64,000 bases of DNA, from the NCBI GenBank assembly GCA_003971905.1, contig RSEE01000069.1, positions 62,001 through 126,000 on the forward strand, written 5' to 3'. Below are positions 27,090-39,534 of this stretch, piece by piece; within the stretch, counting starts at the first letter, position 1; each line of letters starts with the position of its first letter. Below the pieces are notes generated by a model, which was given only the letters and a program-made list of their open reading frames with translations, did not search any database and was not told where the DNA came from. This stretch comes from Moniliella sp. 'wahieum'. Its lineage: Eukaryota. The translations under genes and the position numbers were made by a program.

Positions 27090-28588
27090 CGTCAGTTCCC
27101 CCATAAAACTCGTCTGCCGGTTTCGCCGGTTCGCCCGTGACGGGGTTGCGGTCGTTGCTTCTCCCCATTTGAGAGTGTCGTCACAGAACGTTCATGTCCC
27201 AACCGCTGCTTTGCATCAGCACCAGTATTATTGCCCCCATGGTACGAGTGTGCAGGGCTGCATTTGGGGACTGGCTGGGCATTGTGCCCTTGAACAAGGG
27301 CTTGCTTGGAAGGCTGACGCCTGTTACGCCCCAACCCCCATTTCGTGCTCGCTCCCCACAAACATCTGTCGTCGTCTAGCCGATTCAAACTGTTCTCGTC
27401 GGCTGTCGCGGCAGTGTCACTCAAGAGGGTGGCAACCAGCATGGTAGCTCCATGGGCACTAGCCTCGTTTGGGTCGGTCGTCGTGGTGAGGTTGGTCCGC
27501 TAAAGAAATCACAGATACAAGACGCTGTACACGGGGCATCCGTGTTAAACCCCCACCATGGCAATGCCGTCGACCTGATCCTTTTCCACTTTGCTCTCAT
27601 TCAGGAACTTGTCAAGATGCCCCAGAAGGCGAGTAAACGGCTCATCGCACAACTGTCCAAGCGTGTTCGGGTGATGCCGCATTGAAAGTCGATGCTGTCC
27701 AACAGAGAGTCAAGGTTGATCGCAGCGTAGGTGAATGAAGAGGGGGCGCGCTTCAAGTGCTCACATGCAAAGCGGGGAGACGGCCAATAGGGTAAGCGTG
27801 GTCAGAGGGAATCTTCTGGAGGTTTTTTCTTTAGAACACAATGTTGGACAAGACGGGTGTCAAAGTCGTCGCCACCCACCAGGTGGGTATCACCGTTGCT
27901 GGCCAACACTTTGCACTCTCTCCCGCGCATCTGAGGAAAGGACACGTTCCAGGCCCGACAACTCAAGCCCACAACGAGGACGGTGCGCGGACTCTTCACA
28001 GTCATCATTCCGTTCCAACCGTACTCGGCCATGGCGGCCGCACTGGGCTCGTCAATGATGCGCCAGTTGAGGAGACGAGCCAAGGTGCCAGCATGCCTGA
28101 TCGCCTGACGTTGTGAGGGACTGAAATAGGCAGGTAAGGCCACCACGGCGTCGTCCGTTACTCGTTCGCCAAGGTACGCTTCCGCCGGAGTGCACATCCG
28201 ACCAGCACCATGACTGAGATCTGGTCGGGGATGAAGTTCTTGGCCTGGCCCTTGAACTCGACTTCGACCATGGGCTCGCTGCAAACGGCAGTCACTTGGA
28301 AGGGCCACTGCTTCATGTCTGACTAGATCACTTCGTCGCCAAATCCGCGACCGATGAGTCGCTTGGAGCCAACACACTCTGTTGTGCGGGGTAATGTCGA
28401 TGGGGTCAGTGGCCTCATCCACTTCACTGATGAGCCGCTGCCATTCGTCGAAGGCGACACAATCTGACCAAAAGAGGAGGGGGTGGTGAGGTTGCCTTGG
28501 TCATTGGGAATGACCGTCGCCTAGTCGTTCGCCCAGACAGCAAACGCGAGAAGGACGTGCCGAGAGCGATGTCGATTGATTTGGTCAT
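27090..28588 (-). pseudogene. Hsp70-derived degenerate gene, copy B (inverted relative to copy A)
   Basis: ATG at 28588 gives MTKSIDIALGTSF; then [69 protein letters not shown] and SNGDTHLVGGDDFDTRLVQH. Only weak similarity to the substrate-binding domain continues down to about 27090. Confidence 0.8.
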
Positions 28589-29852
28589 GGAAGGAGGGGG
28601 GGTGAGGGGAAGGAGGGGATTGAATAGTGACTAGTGATGCCTGAGGGGGGGGATTGCCAGTGCTGTGTGGGAGTGCGGGGCGGGACGCACCTGTTGGTTC
28701 AACGTTAAACGTTAATGGCTACGTCCGAGCAACACAGCAGGGCAGTCGGGTGGGTGGAATGGTACCGGCACTGCGCTGCTCTGCGCCACCCACTCTCACA
28801 CATCTCTCACGTCTCGTACCCTTCACACCGATACTATTAATATAATTCGCCAAACCTCTTCGTCCTCCCCCCAGGCAGGCCTCATATGCCACGCCCCAAT
28901 CTGATGTACATACTATGCCACATACGCATGAAAGCATCTCACACTGTTACCGTAGTTGCTCTGGAGGGTATATAGTGTCACAATCATGTTGTCCTAGGGC
29001 GAGAGTGACATAGAGCACAGGCTCGATAGCCCCTTTTTTGGTGGTTGTTACAGAGTGTGTCGGGACACACTCAATAACAAAGAGGGCCGAGCGACCGAGG
29101 AAGCAGGAATCAACAGGTGAGTATATACTACGTCATAGCTAATCGAAATTTCTAGCCCACAACCTATTATCGGGCCTTGCGGGCCTCGCCACAAGCTCTC
29201 CCGGTTAGATTTGAGGGGCAACCTTGTCGCAGCCTCGCCAGCACGGCCCAACCAGCTGGACCAGGTTGTGGCAAGGCTACCCAGCGAGGTTGTTGCAAGA
29301 TTATGGCCTATAAAGCTCGTCGCAATCTTGCCCGCCATTCTAGTAACAAACCTTGGTTGTTCTTCATCATCTCTCAACGTGCATATACCGTGGTGTGTGC
29401 TTGACAAACTGCGGCAGTCGTTTTGTTGTGTTCGCCTCAAAGACCCACGACCGTCGCAGACATTGTCCGCTTCAAAATCTATGACCCGGTGATCGGATGC
29501 TTTTAGACAGCATGTTCTCTTCAAAAGACGATACTATACACAAGCCCGTTGTCGTGCCTGTATATATTGCGAGGAAGAGACGGCTACGCCTGTGATCCGA
29601 TTGGGAAGCCAAAGCCGATGTAACGATGAGGTGGGACAGGCCTGCTGCGGCCACAAAAGCCTGGTGAGGTTGGTGAGGTTGGTGGGCTTCAAGCACCTCG
29701 GAGGTTAGATTGGCTAAGAATCAGGCCCAAGGTGTCCTGCTACGATTGACCCATTTTCACTAGCCGAAGCAGGTCACTTTTTCTCCACATTTCCCCCCTT
29801 GTCGATCACACTCATCGATGTTCCATCAATGATGAATTAATGATGGGCAGTG

Positions 29853-29992
29853 GTTGATCGATGATCGATGATCGATGAGGCCCCGCGCCCCGCGCTCAGC
29901 GGCTGCTGCGTAACTCAGCCGCGATGACATGATGCATGATGCATGTGATGCACGTCATGTGACATGTGACATGTGACATGTGACATGTGACA
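29853..29992. repeat. Compound palindromic-heptamer patch: (GATGATC)2, (CATGATG)2, (TGTGACA)5
   Basis: Exact units at 29860-29873, 29928-29941 and 29958-29992. Confidence 0.9.
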
Positions 29993-30575
29993 TGCATGAC
30001 AGGTACCGGGATGCGTGAGTGCGACAGGCTCAACATGCGTGACATGTCGGTGTGGCGCCGACGGACACTGCCGCCGTGCTTGACGCCCCAGTCGCGCCGA
30101 TCATCGATCACCGACCATTAGCCAGTGGGCGGATGGGCACCTGGCCAGCATGCTCCACCGCCGCTGTCCGACCCCTGCCGCGCAGAGAGCGGCGTGCTCC
30201 GCACACGCGGCGTGGCGCCCGTCGAGAGGAGGCTGCAGGCGGCAACTCCAGGCCGGGCAACCTAGCAGGCGGCCGCTGTGGCGCGCCAAGAGGGGCCGCG
30301 GGCACAGCGCCAGTGTGGCGCAGCGCTGGATGCTCCGAGGCGGGTGTGCTGCGCCGTGCCCGGCGGTGCCTAGACGCGCAGCCACTGCGCCCGTGGCGCT
30401 GCTGCTCCGGCCGGCCCGCAGCCGCCGCTTGGCTGCCATCGCCCAACCCCCACTCCTCCATCCGCCACCCCTCCGTCGAACCTTCCCGCGCTCCCCCCTG
30501 CCCCCTTGCTCCCTCCCGCGCCGGCCGCTGCCACCTGCCCCCTGCGCCCCTCCCCTCCCCACCGCCATTGCGCGC

Positions 30576-32282
30576 ATGCGCAGACCCACTCTCCTTGCCA
30601 CCACCGCCCTTGTGGCCGCCGTCCTTGTGGCGGCTACGCCTCCCGCCCCCCCCCTCGCTCGACCGCGCCACTCTCGCCGTGCCGAGCGACCTGCCGCTCG
30701 GCTACCCTGCCGACGACGCCTTTCCCCGCAGGCGCGTGCGCCTCCCCATCCATAAGCGCTTTCCGCCGCGCCAAGCTGAGCACCGACTTGTCCTCGGAAG
30801 GCTCCGACTCCAGCGCCGCCTCGAGCGCCAAGGCGGGCGCCAGCTCTTCCTCCCCGTCGAACCACGATTCATCTTCTGCCACCGCTAGTACCGCCGAGTC
30901 CAAGACCGATTCCGCGCCGACCCACTCTACCACCTCCAAAGCCACTGCTTCGGCCGGATCGGGCTCTGGCTCTGGCTCTGGTTCTGGTTCTAGTTCTGGT
31001 TCTAGTTCTAGTGTGACTTCTGGCTCTGGTTCTGGTTCTGGTTCCAACTCTGACGCCAGCTCGAAAGGGACAGCGTCGAGCGCTGCCACGCCCTCCAACA
31101 TATTCCCCTCGTTGAGCAACCCCTTCTCAACCGCCACATCCGATGCTGCCGCGAGCAAGAGCTCCGCCAGCGCTTCTTTCCTTTCGCAACTATCCGCTTC
31201 GCGCGCCTCGGCCTCGGCCTCGCTCGCGAGCGTGTCCAGCCAGTTAGCCCAGGCTTCTGAAGCTGGGCAATCATCTTCCTTGGCTTCGCTCCAGGCCTCG
31301 CTCTCGTCGGCCGAAGCAGCAGCCTCGGCGTCGGCCGCGGCAGCTTCGTCGCAGTACTACGCCACGGCCCAGACGGCCGTGACGGTAACTTCGTCGTCCA
31401 CCGCTGCGCCCACAGCAACTGGCACCTCAACCAACAAAACATCCTCTCACACGGGTACGATTGTAGGTGCGTCCGTGGGCGGGGCCGTGGGTGCGATTGT
31501 GATTTTGGCGTTAGTGTTGTGGCGGGTGTGCCGGCACCGTGACCGGGAGGCGGCCTCCAACGATATTCGTTGGCCCGAACTCAAAGCGGACCACGATATG
31601 ACGGGCAGCGATGCAACCGTTGCCGGCTCGGCGCACTGGTGGCGCCGGGTTTGATATGGGAGAAGATTCGGACAATGAAGAAGAAGAGGAAGATGCGGCT
31701 GCAGCGCGGCGGCGGCCGCTGCCGGAGCGGGCGTTGGCGTTGGCGCTGGCGTTGGCGCTGGCGTGGCGAGTCATGGCGCTGAATTTGACGCCCGGTCGGA
31801 CGACATGGACTCGGACCACCAGATGGACAAGTATGGCAGCCAAAACCCAGCGTATGGCGTAGCTTCTTCCGCTGCGCTCGTGCCCAATAGCGGCGAGTAC
31901 CAAGATGGGTACGGGTACGACCCAAGTACCCCCGGGCTAGCCCACGAGTCTTCCGTTGGGGCGCCTACTTCGCTTTCGGGTGCACATGCGCCTTCGACCG
32001 AGATGGGGGGGTACGGTGCGGCGGGCGTAGGCACCGGCGCGATGCAGCCGGGATACTACGACCCCCAAGCCGAGGCGTACGGGTACGGTCAACCCTACTA
32101 CGCCACCGATGGGTACGGTGCCTACCCTGCCGCCCAGCCGACGCCCGTCAGCACCGGCCTCCCAGCTCTCGTTGCAGCCAGGCATGACAGTCGGCCAAGG
32201 TTACCAACCGCAATTTATCGATCCTCAGTACCCTGCCGCCGACGCGCATGGGTTTGCTGATCCCTATGGGCGCACACACTAA
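30576..32282 (+). CDS. Ser/Thr-rich single-pass membrane protein (Mid2/Wsc-type cell-surface sensor architecture); frameshifted
   Basis: Signal-like MRRPTLLATTALVAAVLVAA; long S/A/T/G-rich ectodomain; TM segment GTIVGASVGGAVGAIVILALVLW; juxtamembrane IRWPEL; Tyr/Gly/Pro-rich tail. Confidence 0.7.
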
Positions 32283-33355
32283 TCCCCCCGCCTTTTTTCG
32301 CCTACGTGCGACAGACCCAGGGCCCGTTGAACGTGCCGGCACATTCAATGGGCTGCTTGGGAGTCGCACATATCCTCGAAGGACCTCCCCTCCCCTTACC
32401 ACTTTCGTTTCTGATGTTCATCGCCTTGTGCGAGACCAACGACGTTACCCCATGCCTGCTCTCGAGGCACGTTGGTCCCCTCTTTGGTGCCTCTTCTGCC
32501 CTGGACACTCCTCAGCCCGCATGTATCCCCGCCCCCTCTCCTGCCTTCTTTCCTATCTTGTCCCTCTCCATTTAGCTCTTCCTACCCCCGCCTGGCCCCT
32601 CCCCAGCGCGTACTGGGTGACCTCTTCCCTCTTTCCTTTTCCGACCCAACTCTGATTCTGTTCCTCGTGCGTGTGCTAGGAGGTTTATTCTTTGCTGGCG
32701 CTTTTGCTTTTTTCTACTGTCACACGCTACACACTCTCTGGACCTTCCCGGGTTGTTCTCTGGCTATAGGTGCATTTATCCGTGACGAGACAATGGGCCG
32801 AAGAGCGGTGGTCGGGGACAGGATATACATATATCTGCAGTCGCAGAGGAAAGGAGGAGAGGAGAGAGGAGAGAAGGATACGGTGGTGTGCAAGCTGCGC
32901 AGACTACATCTATGTACACAAGCTTTCTGCTTCTGGGCCCCGAATGGCAGCCTAGGGAAGCCATCAGTTCCGTGTCACAACATATACAGGCCATTGCAGT
33001 GGGAGAGTCTCTTCGGGTCGAGCGAGGACAGGCAGAGCAATCAACCAAGAAGGACAGTTTGAACGGAATGGATAGGCCGGAGTATCTACGAAAAGTGGCT
33101 GTGTGAAACAAGGCAGGAGGGGACAAAGATGGTTGGGTATATCCGCCACAAGCAGAGGGGTGGATGAAGCTAAGGAGATGATGGAAATAGGGAAGAGTTG
33201 GGGGGTGACCAGGGGGAACAAAAGTAAAGAGCAAAAAGCAAAAACAGTAAATGGGTATGCCGACGGCCAAGGAAGAAGAAAGGAAAAGACCAATAAAGAA
33301 GGAAGTGTTTGAACCCTTCCCTTCTGGTCGGTAGACATCCCGTCCATCAATTCCC

Positions 33356-35318
33356 TCAAGGAACCGAAACCAGCCAGCCATCAGGACAGAGATGCAACGA
33401 ACTTGGACTTCTAAGCGGCCTCCCTGTTTCTTCCAACAAGCTCACCAAGCGCTGGGCCAGATTCGCAATATCAGTTTCCGCTGCTTCATCCGAGCCCGAG
33501 CGAGAGGGGCCAATGGAACTGCTGGCCGCCGCGCTCATATCATCGTACTCGGCTGAACTCGTGAACCCGGTCCCCGTGATACCCGTGAAAGAGGAACTGG
33601 ACGGATCAATGGCCAACTGGCGTACCAGCCCTAAAATCTTTTGGGAGCCACGCAGGCGCGCACCTACGGCTTCCCCTCCGCCTTCGAGCAGTTGCAGCAC
33701 GGTCCAAACGGCAAATGTTGAAACGTTGTATCGCCACTTGCGAGGAAGCGAACCAAGTACCCTTCCATCCCCCCAGCCGGCGCTGTCCATACGTCGGTAA
33801 AGGCAGTGTACTTGGTACTGTTGCTAGCCAAGTTTCCCAGAGCAGCGGCGGCATTGCCCTGGACCTCGACGCTGTCGCTAGCGGTGAGAGGAGAAGGACG
33901 GGGCAAATGCCCATAGCCAACAAACGCGGTTTCAGTGGCTCGCTCAATGCCAACACGGCCAGGCACGCTGTCATCTCGCTCTGTACGGCCGTTGGCACGT
34001 GGGGCAGCAGGTCCGGATTTTCTCCACTGCACCAGCATCGACGAGGGCGAGCTTGTTGGTCTCGTTGATAGCGGCCAAATTGCGCAGGGTGGAAATGGCA
34101 TGGCACTGTAGTTCTTGGTTATCTTCCTGGCTCAGCAGGTCGATGAGGACCGGAAGGAAGCCCGCCTGGATCAGAGGTGCTTCATTGTGTGGATGGATGG
34201 AGACGTTGCGCACGCACGCAGCAGAGGCGAGGATGAGGGGCAGGAAGGAAGTTTGGAGCAAGCGTAGCAAGTGGGGCAAGCCACCAAAATGAACAATGTC
34301 CAGTTGATACGGTTCGTCGCTGGCCAAGTTGCGCAAGGCAAGTGCGGCTTGGCACTGGACGCGCAGGCTGGTGCTGCCCATGAGACGGATGAGGAGTTGG
34401 ACGACAGTGGGCTGCAAACCACTCAGTTTTTGTCGGTTGTCTGGATCGACAGCTAGGTTGCTCAGGGCCGTGGTGCAGTAGTATTGGACGTCAGCGTCGT
34501 TACTGGCCAGCAGACGGACAAGACCGGGATGACACCGGCGAGGACGAGATGGTGTCGATTATCGTCGTTGTGGGTCATGTTGAGGAGTGCGCCTGTAGCG
34601 TTGCGTTGGACGCGGAGGTCCTTGGACAGTGCCAGACGGGTGAGGGGGACCAACGCACTCGACTTGGCAATCTTGGCCTTATTTTCTTCCAGAGTCGCTA
34701 GGTTGGTAATGCAACCAACAGCATTGCACTGTACTTGCACATTGGGACTCAGCATTTGGCGGATCAACGGCTCCAGCCCATTTAGCTGCACAATCAGCAA
34801 CTTGTTCTCCGCTGGGGAATCGGCCGAGGGAGAGAGAGGGGGGGGTATTATAGGCACAATTCACCTGGCAGACGGCACTGGGCAAAGAAGAGAAACGTAC
34901 GATTGGCGGCCAAGTTGCCCAATGCGGAACTGGAGGCTCGTTGGACTTCCACATCGTAACACTGCAACAGGTACAACACTGGCTTGATGGCCTCGGGCCC
35001 GACCGGGTGCACTTGCTTCTCAGTAACCTCGGCAAAGGCGAGGGCGGCACTGCGTTGGAGGTCAACGTTGCTGCTGTAGGCGAGGATGGTTAAAGCACTA
35101 AGAGGCGGGCCTTCGAAGAAGTCTACCTCGTCCGGTCTGTTCCCGCCGTCAGTCAGACACCAAAAGGGCACCGCCACAGACAAGCAAAGGATGCGCACGC
35201 ACTCTCAAGGAACTGAAGCAGGTCCGCGACAGCGTCGCGCTCAGCGTCTAGCAAAAGTGGGGTTGGAGGTGCATGGCGCGAGCGGCCGCAGCAGGCACGG
35301 CCAGCACAAGTTGCCCAT
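33356..35318 (-). CDS. VAC8: Vacuolar armadillo-repeat protein Vac8; multi-exon, frameshifted
   Basis: MGNLC..CC acylation-type N-terminus; [105 protein letters not shown]. Confidence 0.95.
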
Positions 35319-35831
35319 CAACGGCACCAAAGGTCGACGTTGGAAGAACGAGGCAGCAGGCTTCACCCAGAGTAGGTGGAAGCGGGGGGCGGGAGCCAAG
35401 GGGTTGGGGTTCGTTGCGTATTAGAAGACGGGGACGTCAACGGCTTTCATGGCTTTCTGCCTCCCTGCCGTAACGCCCGGCTCTGCGCAGCTCCACTCAC
35501 CTCCACCCTGCCCGCAGCCGCGCCCAGCGGCGCCCACAGGTGCCTACACGGCCTATGTGGCAGCGCACTGTGGCAGCTGCGCACGCGGCTGACTTCTAGC
35601 GCCCACATCATGGCGCCAGGGGAGATCGAGAGAGCCAGGGGAGTATGCAATGCGCTTTACCCTTTATGGTCACACTGGTCCAGTGCGTGGCAGTGTCATA
35701 TCTCCCACCCGTGGCGTGCACATCCTCGTCCGTGCTGCTTTTCTACAATTGCAGGGGAGCGCAGTCCGCCAGAAGCGTGTGCATTAATAGACAAAACCAA
35801 ATTACAGCCGATCCAACCAAAGCAACAGTCA

Positions 35832-37163
35832 TCACGGCGAGGGATAGTAGGCGCTGGCCAGGGTCTGGCGGGCATGGGAAGCAATCCACTCGTGGGTCTT
35901 GCCGCCAGGATGATACTCGTCCCAAACTAGCAATGGCATTGGTCAGTACAGTTCGTCCCCTCTTCCCCCCCCCCCGCCTTCCGTCACTCTGCATCAGCCA
36001 AAGATGAGACCCACGTACACAAGTAACGAGAGGGATCGGGACAGACGGTGCGTCGCAGCAGTGCGCCGGTCTGAGGGTCCCGCTCCTGTTTCAGACAAGC
36101 ATCCTGGACATTATCAAATCGCCTACCACGCCAGCCGCCAGGTCTTGGTACAGTTTCTCCTGTTGCCAGAAGATGATGCGGGCCGAAGAAGTAGATGAGG
36201 TAGGTGGGGTAGCCAAGACGAGCTGCGAAGCACTTGTACCTGCGGGCAAGAGGTTGCGATTTTCCTCTGCTTCGTACGAGACAAGATGGGCAAAGTACGT
36301 GCGAAAGGTGGTGACAAAGAGATGGAAGAAGGTATCCTGTGGCGAGCCGGGGGCAGGATGATGTTTATGGTACCACGGACTGTATCCCAAGGCCGGCACC
36401 GAGGGAACGAGGAAATGACGACCACCTATCCAGCCAATAACGTGTTAGGTGTGCCCGGAGCAACCGAGGATGGACGTACCTCGCTCCTTGAGCAGATGAA
36501 TCACATGCACAATCGCTCTTGCCACGCTCTGGGCCAAGTCGATTGGATCTTCACCGGGCTGGAGCGCTCCATAGAACGCATCGTTCGAGCCACCTGAAGT
36601 AGTCCACGTCAACATGGCACGCTTCCCATGTTGTCAGCGTTACGCGGAAGGGTACGCACCAGTGACGACGTACAACGCGTCGGGGTCGACTTTATGTTGA
36701 GTCAGGTATCGTTCCACTACCTCCAACACCGATGGAACCGGTAGGTTCATCAAGGCGCCCGAGTACCCCTGTACACGGGAATTGTTGACGGTAGCGCCGC
36801 CATAGGCCAAGTCTTGCAAATGGTTTCCCGCAAGCTGATGGGCCACATGCTCGATCCACGTTGGTCCATCGGAGAAGCGGCCGCTGTACACCAGTGTACA
36901 CCCCGTTAATCCGTGCTACACTCACCCAACGACAATGTACGTACTTGAAGTAACCCGGGGTCGTCGGGCCAGGTCCGGTTGGAGTAAAGGAAGGTGCCAT
37001 TCCCATTGTCCGAAAGCGAGTCCCCCCAGAGGACAATCTGCGAGAAGCTCGGCTCCCTGGCCGGTGCGGGGGCCGCAGCGCGGGGGAGCACCATTGCCCT
37101 AGCCAGACCGATAAGGAGTGCCGCCAAAGGGAAGAGAAAGAGCTGTGGGGTGCGGTTCATCAT
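35832..37163 (-). CDS. Secreted SGNH/GDSL esterase (CE16-like), multi-exon
   Basis: Signal peptide; block I WGDSLSDNGNG; GRFSDGPTWIE; LAYGGAT; after a final intron, FWDEYHP (catalytic Asp-x-x-His); stop at 35832-35834. Confidence 0.85.
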
Positions 37164-37926
37164 GGCCAACCGTGGGATGGGGCCAACGGCAGACGTGCGA
37201 AGAAAAGGAGATAAGTGGACGATGGACCAGCTGCGGAACCAAGCACACACCCCTTGGGTCTTACTAGTTACTGCCAATCTCAAAGTTTCAACCGACCTCG
37301 GTCCTGTTTCTGTGAGGATCTTGGATCCGATGCATCCATGATGCATGATCTCGCAAGTTTGCCACGAGCCGCTACGAACGCACCACGCTGATTGCCCGCG
37401 TTGCGCCCCTGTGTTGGTATCGACGCCATGCCCAAGGCAAGGCGATGGCCAGCGTGGCGTGCAGCTCACACGCATTCTTCAGCAACCCACTATGTATCCA
37501 AACAGTCCCACCTTGTTGGCCTGAAGCACATGCAGGAAGTCATTGCGATCTTCGAGATGCTGGTATGGTACAGATGCTGATAGACAAGACCCGCACCAGG
37601 GAAAGAGCGATGCGCCCAAGAGGAGGCCAAGCGGTGGCCGCTTCTGCCAGGCACAGCCTGCCGAGGAAAGGGGAAGAGGATGTCAAAGCAGCTTAGTTGG
37701 TTTGCCCTAGTTCGTACCTTGCTTTCCGTGCCCAGCCAGCGTTGGAGGCAGGAGACGGATCCCAAAGACTTGGCGGCTCAATTCAAGGTATACAAGTCAC
37801 TGTCGGGTGGGTCGGGGCAGGAAGTGAAAGGCATAGGCAAAAAGAGCGAACGGAGAAAAAAGGGGTGGGGTGGAATGCAACAGACATCGGAAAGGTGGGA
37901 GAGAGGCAGGGGAGGGGGACAGGGAT

Positions 37927-38432
37927 TCACTCATCTTCCTCCTCCTCCTCGTCGGCATAGAACTTCTTGAGCACCGCCTCAGCCTCGGCATACTGCGTCT
38001 TGACGTCCCCCAATGTGGATTGCAGCTTGGCACCGCTTCGTCGTGGGTCAGATCAACCGACGCACTGGCGTCCTTGAGGCGGCCGTAGTGCTGGATGCGC
38101 TCGCAGCTGTCGCGCACCTTGATGACGCCACAGGCGGCGGAGGAGCCTTGAGAAAGTGGCCGAGCTCGCTAAGCTTGGTAAGGTCGTCGTTGGCAAAGGC
38201 GTGGTCCATCTGGTGGAAGGTGTCCTCGGCCTGGTCAAAGTAGTTGAACACAATCTCCTTGCTAAACTCGTGGTCGTCCTCGTCCATCTCGAGGAGCTGG
38301 TCAAAGATGTCCGAGTCGATGACGTCTGGGGGCAGCTGCGCGTCGGGGGGGCGGGGGAGGGGGGAGGTGAGTGGGGGGCGCGCAGAGGAGCAGGTGCGGG
38401 GCGGCGGGACATACGAGAGCAGCTTCAGCCAT
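37927..38432 (-). CDS. YPD1: Histidine phosphotransfer (HPt) protein
   Basis: IDSDIFDQLLEMDEDDHEFSKEIVFNYFDQAEDTF...LSELGHFLK(G)SSAACGVIKVRDSCERIQHYG; contains the HFLKGSS phospho-His motif with one indel. Confidence 0.93.
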
Positions 38433-39534
38433 GGTTGGATGCACTGGGTAGGGGTGGTGGCAAACGGCGAGCAGCGCGGCCACTTGGCGTGGACCGAGGC
38501 GGATGGCCGGAATGGATGCAGTTGGGAGGGGCTAACCCTACTGCGCGGCCGCTCGTCACGCGTCAGCGGTCGCAGCCGAGCGCGTCAGCTCAGCCTTGGG
38601 GGAGGGGGGGCGGGCACTGGCGCTGTGCGGGGCGTGCGCCCACAGGCGGGTGCTGGGGGATGGCGCTGGGGCTGGCGCGGGGGCCCGTGCGTCGCCGCGC
38701 CCAGGCAGAGCGCCCGCGGGCTGCGGCTCGGAGCAGCTTGCGCCACCAGCGCCAGCACCAGTGCCCGCCCGCCTTCTTCCCAGCGGAACGCCCATTCCGC
38801 CCCTGCGTCCCACTCGCCCCCGCCCGCGCCACCGCTCCTACTCAGCCTCGATGATACAGGCCGCTCAGCTTGCTCGCCATCAGCCGTCATCCATCGCCGC
38901 CGCAATCCACCTCGCCTCTCCCTGCGGCCTGAGACGCAGGCCCATTTGTGGAAGCTCGCGAGGAGGGAGCGTCTGAGGCTTGAGCTTGAGCTTGAGCCAC
39001 TGAGCGTGATAAACTTGCGACAGGGCTTGAAGCTTGGAACTCTTGATGTTTGAAGCTTGGACAGTCTAAGCCTCAAGCTCCACACGCTCCACAAGCTCCC
39101 CAAGCCTCTGACAACCCCCTTCTATGGTGGGACCCTACGCCCTCTGCGCCACGACTGTCCCGGCCATCTGCGCGGGCAAGTATGTAGACGATTGTTGACG
39201 TTGAGGCACTTTGACGGTCAAGCTTCCAGAGATGTCCCAAGCTAGCTTGTAATTGCGCTTGATCACTGATCGATGATAACAGAAGTATCTGACTACGGTG
39301 CTGCTGGGCCTTAAGTTATAGTCACTCACTCGCATCAAATCCATCCAATTTTTGACAGGAGAAAGTTGTTTCGTACAAGGGGGGCGGCATGAGCCTAGCA
39401 GGGGCAACAGGGGCAAAAGGGTCGCATTGACGTTGCTGTCACGATATAAGGGGAGGTGTGTTGGTGCAGGACGAGATGCACAAGTTGGCGCTCAATGTGT
39501 ATGTTCAGGTGTAACCTCTGTGGGATCGAGATGA

